Shown here: one piece after another, positions 58,214 to 64,000 of the stretch
Position numbering within the stretch: position 1 is the stretch's first letter
Layout: every line of letters begins with the position of its first letter
Source: Octopus vulgaris
Taxonomy: Eukaryota
Assembly: GCA_951406725.2 (NCBI GenBank)
Contig: OX597821.1
Span: 86,304,001 to 86,368,000 of the forward strand
Reading direction: 5' to 3'
Length of the DNA: 64,000 bases
The notes under the pieces: generated by a model
Told to the model about the DNA's origin: nothing
The model's input: the letters and a program-made list of their open reading frames with translations, nothing else
Databases searched by the model: none
Program-made: the position numbers and the translations under genes

Positions 58214-58392
58214 GTAAGATATATGAATATACCCTGAAAACACTTGCGCACGCGCATACAAAAGTGCATTCGCAACACACACGTGCAATAAGAAGTAAAC
58301 ACAAATCAAACACTCACTTGTGAAGGCATGTGTGGACACCACCGTGTATATGTGCGTACATGTATATATGAAGTATACAAACGTGTGTATGA

Positions 58393-58444
<52 letters not shown>

Positions 58445-58449
<5 letters not shown>

Positions 58450-59002
58450 GAAATGAGGTAATCAGAAGATCCGATGGTTTGTATTTACAGATATTTATTT
58501 ATTTATATATTACATTTTTTACATATATACCATATCACTTAGTTCATTAGCGCTTTCTCCCATTCTAGTGGGGTTTTCAAATTAAAATAAGTTCCTCTGC
58601 TGGGGATTTTAATCATTTTATAGTTTCTGATTTTGGTGGAGAGGAATGTAAGACAGTACAAGTGGGTGAGGTGGATGAGGAGAAAGTGAGAGGGAGAACA
58701 TGTGTGTAAGTGTGTATGTGTGTGTGTGTGTGTGTGCGTGTGTGTGTGTGTTTGTATCTGAGGTGATGCTAAAGAGAAAGAGGGGAAGGTAGAGGGAAAA
58801 AGAAGGAAAGAAGTTTTTTGGTCTGCTGGACAGGATATTGACTTCAAGGGGTTTCAGTTTTGACCACTTCACACAGTGTCATTGAGTGTGTGATGGTAGG
58901 GAGGTAAGCCATAAATTATATTTCCTTTTAACATTGTTGGGATGGTCAGATGTCTTTTTGGGTTTTTAAGAATTCTTGTCACTTTGTATGATCGTTTTGT
59001 AG

Positions 59003-59070
<68 letters not shown>

Positions 59071-59664
59071 GTGCATGTGCGCGTGTCTGTGTGTTTGGAG
59101 AAGGGGAGAGAGAAAGAAAAAAGGGGGAAAAAGAAAAAGAAAAATAAGGGAGGAAGGGGGAAAAAAGTTGTGTTGGTATTTATACCACTATATACATATA
59201 TACACGCTTATATGTGAAATATTTGAAGAAAACCTTTTTATCGGTTCAAAATGAACAACTAAATTACACCATCTTGAAAATTGTATATCATAGGGAAGTT
59301 AAAATTAAAGTGACAGATAAAAAGTACAGATGAAGTAAATTATAAAAATAATATAATGTATATAACAGGCAATATATATATATATACACACACACATATA
59401 TATATATATACATATGCAGACGTATACTAAATGTTCTACTATATTAGATAGTAAATCGAAAGATGTGTTCTTCAATGTCACTATATATATATATATATAT
59501 AGATGCTTACACATGAAATATTAGAAAAAAACCTTCTATCGATTCAAAATGAACAATCAAATTACACCGTCTAGAAAATTGCATATAGGAAGGTTAGAAT
59601 TAGAATTAGAATTGGCAAGTAAAGATCAAGTAAATTACAAAAATAATATAATGTATATAACAGG

Positions 59665-59695
<31 letters not shown>

Positions 59696-62092
59696 TATAT
59701 ACATATATATACATACACACACATATTAAATGTTCTACTATATTATATTGTAAATCGAAAGATTTGTCCTTCAATGTATGATGAGTAAAGTTTCAGCCAT
59801 TTAATTTGGGGGAGAACTTAGCTATGAAATGTTTTTCCATATTCCTCCTGAAAGAGGTGTCATTCTTCGGACATTTGTAGAAGGGAAAGATCTTAAATTT
59901 TCCTTCTCCACACGTAGCTAGGTGTGTACTTAGTGGTATTTTGCGTAGTTCTTCCTGCCGAATATGTTGTCGGTGAATCCTGGCTCGTTTGCACAAAAAA
60001 TTACCAGTTTCACCTACGTAATTCTCCTTGCACGTGGGGCAGGTTATGCAGTATATAACGTTCTGCGTCTTGCAGTTCATATCTGCATTTACTTTGAATA
60101 TGTCACCACTTTTGAATCTTATCTCTCTGTTTCCCTCTATGTATTTGTAGGTGGGGTTGCTGCAGATCCCACATCTACCATCTCCGCACTCTTTTGCAAA
60201 GAATTCCGTCTTAGTTTCTGAAGAGAATTTCGCTCTTGTTAGGTGTTTCTTTAGGTTTTTGTCCTGTCGTCTACTGTTTTTTATGCTATATTTGTTTAAT
60301 ATGTTCTTCATTTTGGGGCTTTGTAAGGCTATTGGTAGGTTTGAATGTATGGTTTGGAAGATGTTGGTAACTCCAGGGTTGTGCGTGTTTATAAAAGGGA
60401 TAATGTTTTCTTTGTTTTTTGTTTTGGGTGTCCTGAGTTGTGCGATGTCTAGTTTTAATGCTCTTGTAATTCCATTTTCTATTAGTTTAAGGGGGTATTT
60501 TTGCTCTAGGAGGAAGTTTTTGAGTTCATCTAGTCTTATTAGTCGTATTTGTGAATCAGTTACTATGCTACATATTCGTCTTGCCATACTATATGGAATG
60601 TTTCTTTTTGTGTGGGATGGGTGGCAGGAGTGGAGATTTAAGTATTGGTGTGTGTCAGTTTTTTTGTAGTGGATGTCTGTTGTAACGATGGAGTTGTGTA
60701 TTTTGATGTTGATGTCTAGGAAGGGAAGTTCGTTGTGGCTGATATCTATTGTGAAGTTGATAGATGGGTGCAGCGTATTGAGGATGTTGTGGAATGTTCG
60801 TAGGTCTTCTTCTGATCTGTTCCAAAAGATGAAGCAGTCATCGAGGTAGCGTTTCCACTTTTTCTTGATGTCTTCTCTGAAGTCGTGTTCGAAGACTTTC
60901 CCTATTTCATCATATAGTTTGTTCTCCAGGAAGCCCATCACCAGGTTGGCATATGAAGGTGCGAATTTTGTACCCATAGCCGTGCCTTTTATCTGTCGGT
61001 ATGTCTTGTTGCTGAATGAGACTGTATTTTCTTCGAGTATTAGTTGGGTGGCTTGGGTGATAAAGTTTGTCTTGAAGCGTTCGTCTATAAGTTCTCTGTA
61101 TTTTTCTATTGATTGTTTTATAGCTTCTAGACCTAGGGTGTGTGGAATGTTTGTGTATAAATTTGTGACATCAAAGCTTGCAGGTATGATGTTTTTCGGT
61201 ACTGTATTTGGAATGTGTGTGAGGAAGTCTATGTCATCTCTTATGTAGCTTGGTATCTGTGGGCATAAAGGTTTGAGGAGTATATCTATGAAGTAGCTTA
61301 GTTGTTGTGTTGGTGCCTGGGGTCCTGCCACTATTGGTCTCATTGTGAGGTCTGCAGGCCTTTGTATTTTTATATAGTGGTTCCTCTGTTCCTTTATGGC
61401 TCTCTGTATTTCAGAGCTTTTATGAATTTTAGGTAATCCATAAAAATTGCTTTCTTTGGTTCGTGAGTTGCATAGATAGTCTTTCTCCTTATCTGTAAAG
61501 GAGTCCTGGTATTTATTGACTAAAGTTCTAATTTTTTTATTGTTGCTTTCTCCGGTGGTGTTGGTTCCTCTTTATAGTATGTCTGGTTGTTCAGTAACTC
61601 CAGTATCTTTTCTTTGTAGTATTCTGTATCCACAATTACTATTGCTCCACCTTTGTCAGCTTCTTTTATAATGATTGACTTGTCATTTTTCAGTTTCTGT
61701 AAGGCTTGTTTTTCTCCTCTGCGGAGATTCTGTTTGCAGTTGTGTGTGTGGAGAGGGAATTTGGATATTGCCTCTATGTATGTGTCAAGGTGTTTGTCAC
61801 TTCCCTTGTAAGGGGTGAAGTGTGATTTTTTTCTTATGATTGAGTTATCTTCTGTTTCTTTATTTTCAAAGAATTCCATAAGGCGGAGGTGGCGGCTGAA
61901 GTTGTCTATATCAGTTTTTAGTTCTATGAGGTTTGGAGTGGGTGTAGGTGTAAATTTGAGGCCTTTTAGTAGTAGGTTCATTTCATTTTCGTCAAGTTCT
62001 CTTTTAGATAAGTTTATTATTTTGGGGTCTATGTGTTTTGTAAGTTCATCCGGAATTCTTGGTGTATTGGGTCTGGAGTCTGGTTGAAGTAT

Positions 62093-62096
<4 letters not shown>
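58445..62096 (-). mobile_element. Second Penelope-like element (same group as 665-6003), 5'-truncated in (TA)n, one frameshift near 61535
   Basis: ORFs 61520-61981 and 59793-61343: KGLKFTP, ADKG, RPIVAGP, GTAMG, RYLDD, VIYCITCPTCKENYVGET; 3' UTR has a ~300-bp tandem duplication (59205-59775) and a hammerhead-like motif. Confidence 0.9.
58543..58585 (-). ncRNA. Minimal hammerhead-like motif (U3-A8 core)
   Basis: Minus strand TTGAAAA, cccc..ggga, GAAA, GCGC, TA; palindromic AGCGCT. Confidence 0.5.
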
Positions 62097-62163
<67 letters not shown>

Positions 62164-62224
62164 ATATATATATATGTATGTATATATATATGTATATATA
62201 TATATATATGTTGATTCGTTAGCT

Positions 62225-62413
62225 ACTGCACGCATTTTTTTTCTCTCCTTCTTTCTGTGTTTTTTTTCTCTCTGTGTATCTTTCTGTTGAAGAGCGTAGG
62301 CTCGAAACGTTAAAGACTTGTTTTATTTATATTTCCTGAGCGCCATACTAATACAATTGTTCGTTTGTTTTCCACCTGCCTTCGTCTTTTGTCTATTTTC
62401 ATAAAGCTTCCCG

Positions 62414-62469
<56 letters not shown>

Positions 62470-64000
62470 TCCCGCTCCCGAACTATACGGTCGTTACATT
62501 GACGACATTATCGGTGCCACATCACTCTCCCGTGAACATCTAGATTCCTTCCTCTCTTTCGTTCAATCCTTCCATCCTGCCCTCCACTTCACCTCCACTA
62601 TCTCCAACACATCTGTCTCCTTCCTCGACATTTCGGTCAGCATTCTTCACTCCACTCTTACCACCTCCATTCACTACAAACACACAGACTCACACTCATA
62701 CCTAAACTTCTCTTCCTCCCACCCCAAACACACCAAGCTTTCCATCCCCTATTCCCAATTCCTCCGTCTACGTAGGCTCTGTAGTGACGACCATGACTTT
62801 GAGACTCAGTCTCAACGCATGACTCGCCACTTCATCCTACGTCGATACCCCCTCACCACTATCCACACCGCCCTTGCCAGAGCACGTTCCGTAGACCGTG
62901 CATCTGCTCTCTCTCCCCCCGAACCCGCCCTGTAGTCTCCCGCCTCCCTTTTCCCCTCACTTACCACCCCACGACCCTACCTCTCCAACGCACTATTCTT
63001 CAAGCTTTCGGGCATCTCCAGTCCGACCTGTCCACTTCACACCTCTTCCCTAACCGACCCCTCCCTCCTTCAAACGAGCCCATCACCTACGAGACCTTTT
63101 GGTCCACAGCTCCTTCCCTGATCCTACCTCCTAGCCTGGCTCGTTCCCCTGCTCCCGCCCACGTTGCCGCACTTGCCCTTACCTCTCCAACACCACCCTC
63201 CTCACTGGCACCCATGATCGACCCTATCGCATCATCAACTCCTTCACCTGCACCTCCAGCGATATCATCTATTGTATCTCTTGCTCTCTCTGCCATTCCC
63301 TGTACATCGGACTTACGGGACGCCGCTTGGCTGACCGGTCGCGGAACACCTCCGTGACATCCGCCTTGCCAACGACACACCGGTCTCACGCCATTTCCGC
63401 TCCACCGGTCATTCCTTGCAACACCTGTCTGTGTTCGGTTTGTCCTTGCATAGAGGCCATCCGGATTCCCGTTTGCGCCGTGAACAGGGATTAATCTTCT
63501 CTCTTCGCTCTTTTACGCCATTTGGTCTCAACTCTCCCCCCTCCTTATCTAACCTCCCATCCTATCATCTAACCTCCCCCCGACTCCTACTTCTCTTCAG
63601 TCCTTCATCTTTTCACCCCTACTCTCTTCCCCTCTCTTTCCCTCCTCCTCCCTTCTTTCCTCTTTCTTCTTCCTTCTTCCCCTTCTCTCTTTCTCTCTGC
63701 TCCCTCACTCCCCTTCTCCCCCTTCTCTCCCCTTCATCTCATCTATCACCCCCATCTCACCCCCTCATCTCTCCTCCCTCCTCCTCCCCTCTCCCCTCAT
63801 CTCCTCTCTCTACACTACACCATACGATATTACACATCACATCATACATACACACGTCCAGACCTTTCATACGTACATACATACTCTTTCATACACACAC
63901 GCACCCTTATGTTGGGGCGAAGTCATTTGACCCTGTTATCTCCCCTACTTTCCCTCTCACGTCTGATCTCTGACTTCTGGCTGAAATCACACCACCATGT
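62225..64000 (+). mobile_element. C-rich Penelope-like remnant: pLTR piece with hammerhead-like motif (62277-62317), then truncated RT/GIY-YIG and pyrimidine tail
   Basis: RYIDDI, SFLDI, IHYK.TDSHSYL.FSSSHP.HTK.SIPYSQFLRLRRLCS, IIYCISCSLC..LYIG.TGR; CTGTTGA-A-GAGC-gtag-GCTC-GAAA-CG-TTA. Confidence 0.85.

Overview
AT-rich, microsatellite-dense eukaryotic DNA. The repeat repertoire suggests a coleoid cephalopod such as Octopus; this is an inference. One host gene is present: a DBH-like copper monooxygenase (MOXD1-like) on the + strand, with seven recognisable GT-AG exons between 25906 and 58213. It continues beyond the window, and the exon expected between exons 2 and 4 was not found. The rest is mostly mobile DNA. 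(1) A young, apparently intact Penelope-like element (665-6003) has 868-bp direct pseudo-LTRs, a separate upstream ORF1, and an RT/GIY-YIG ORF2 that overlaps ORF1 in the -1 frame at an in-frame U_UUU_UUA slippery heptamer. (2) Four more Penelope-like remnants are present, and all five families carry minimal hammerhead-ribozyme-like motifs, three with a covarying U3-A8 core. (3) A ~14.5-kb head-to-tail array of (TAA)n-targeting R4/Dong-like RLE retrotransposons spans 8255-22790 and includes a ~550-bp non-coding passenger element. (4) A ~6-kb composite block is duplicated in inverted orientation (16041-22268 vs 38003-43870). (5) Tx1/L1, RTE, Gypsy and pogo remnants, a MITE, tRNA-derived SINEs and an inverted-repeat-bounded minisatellite make up the remainder. 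The best candidate for an undescribed system is the two-ORF, possibly frameshifting Penelope element with a variant hammerhead.
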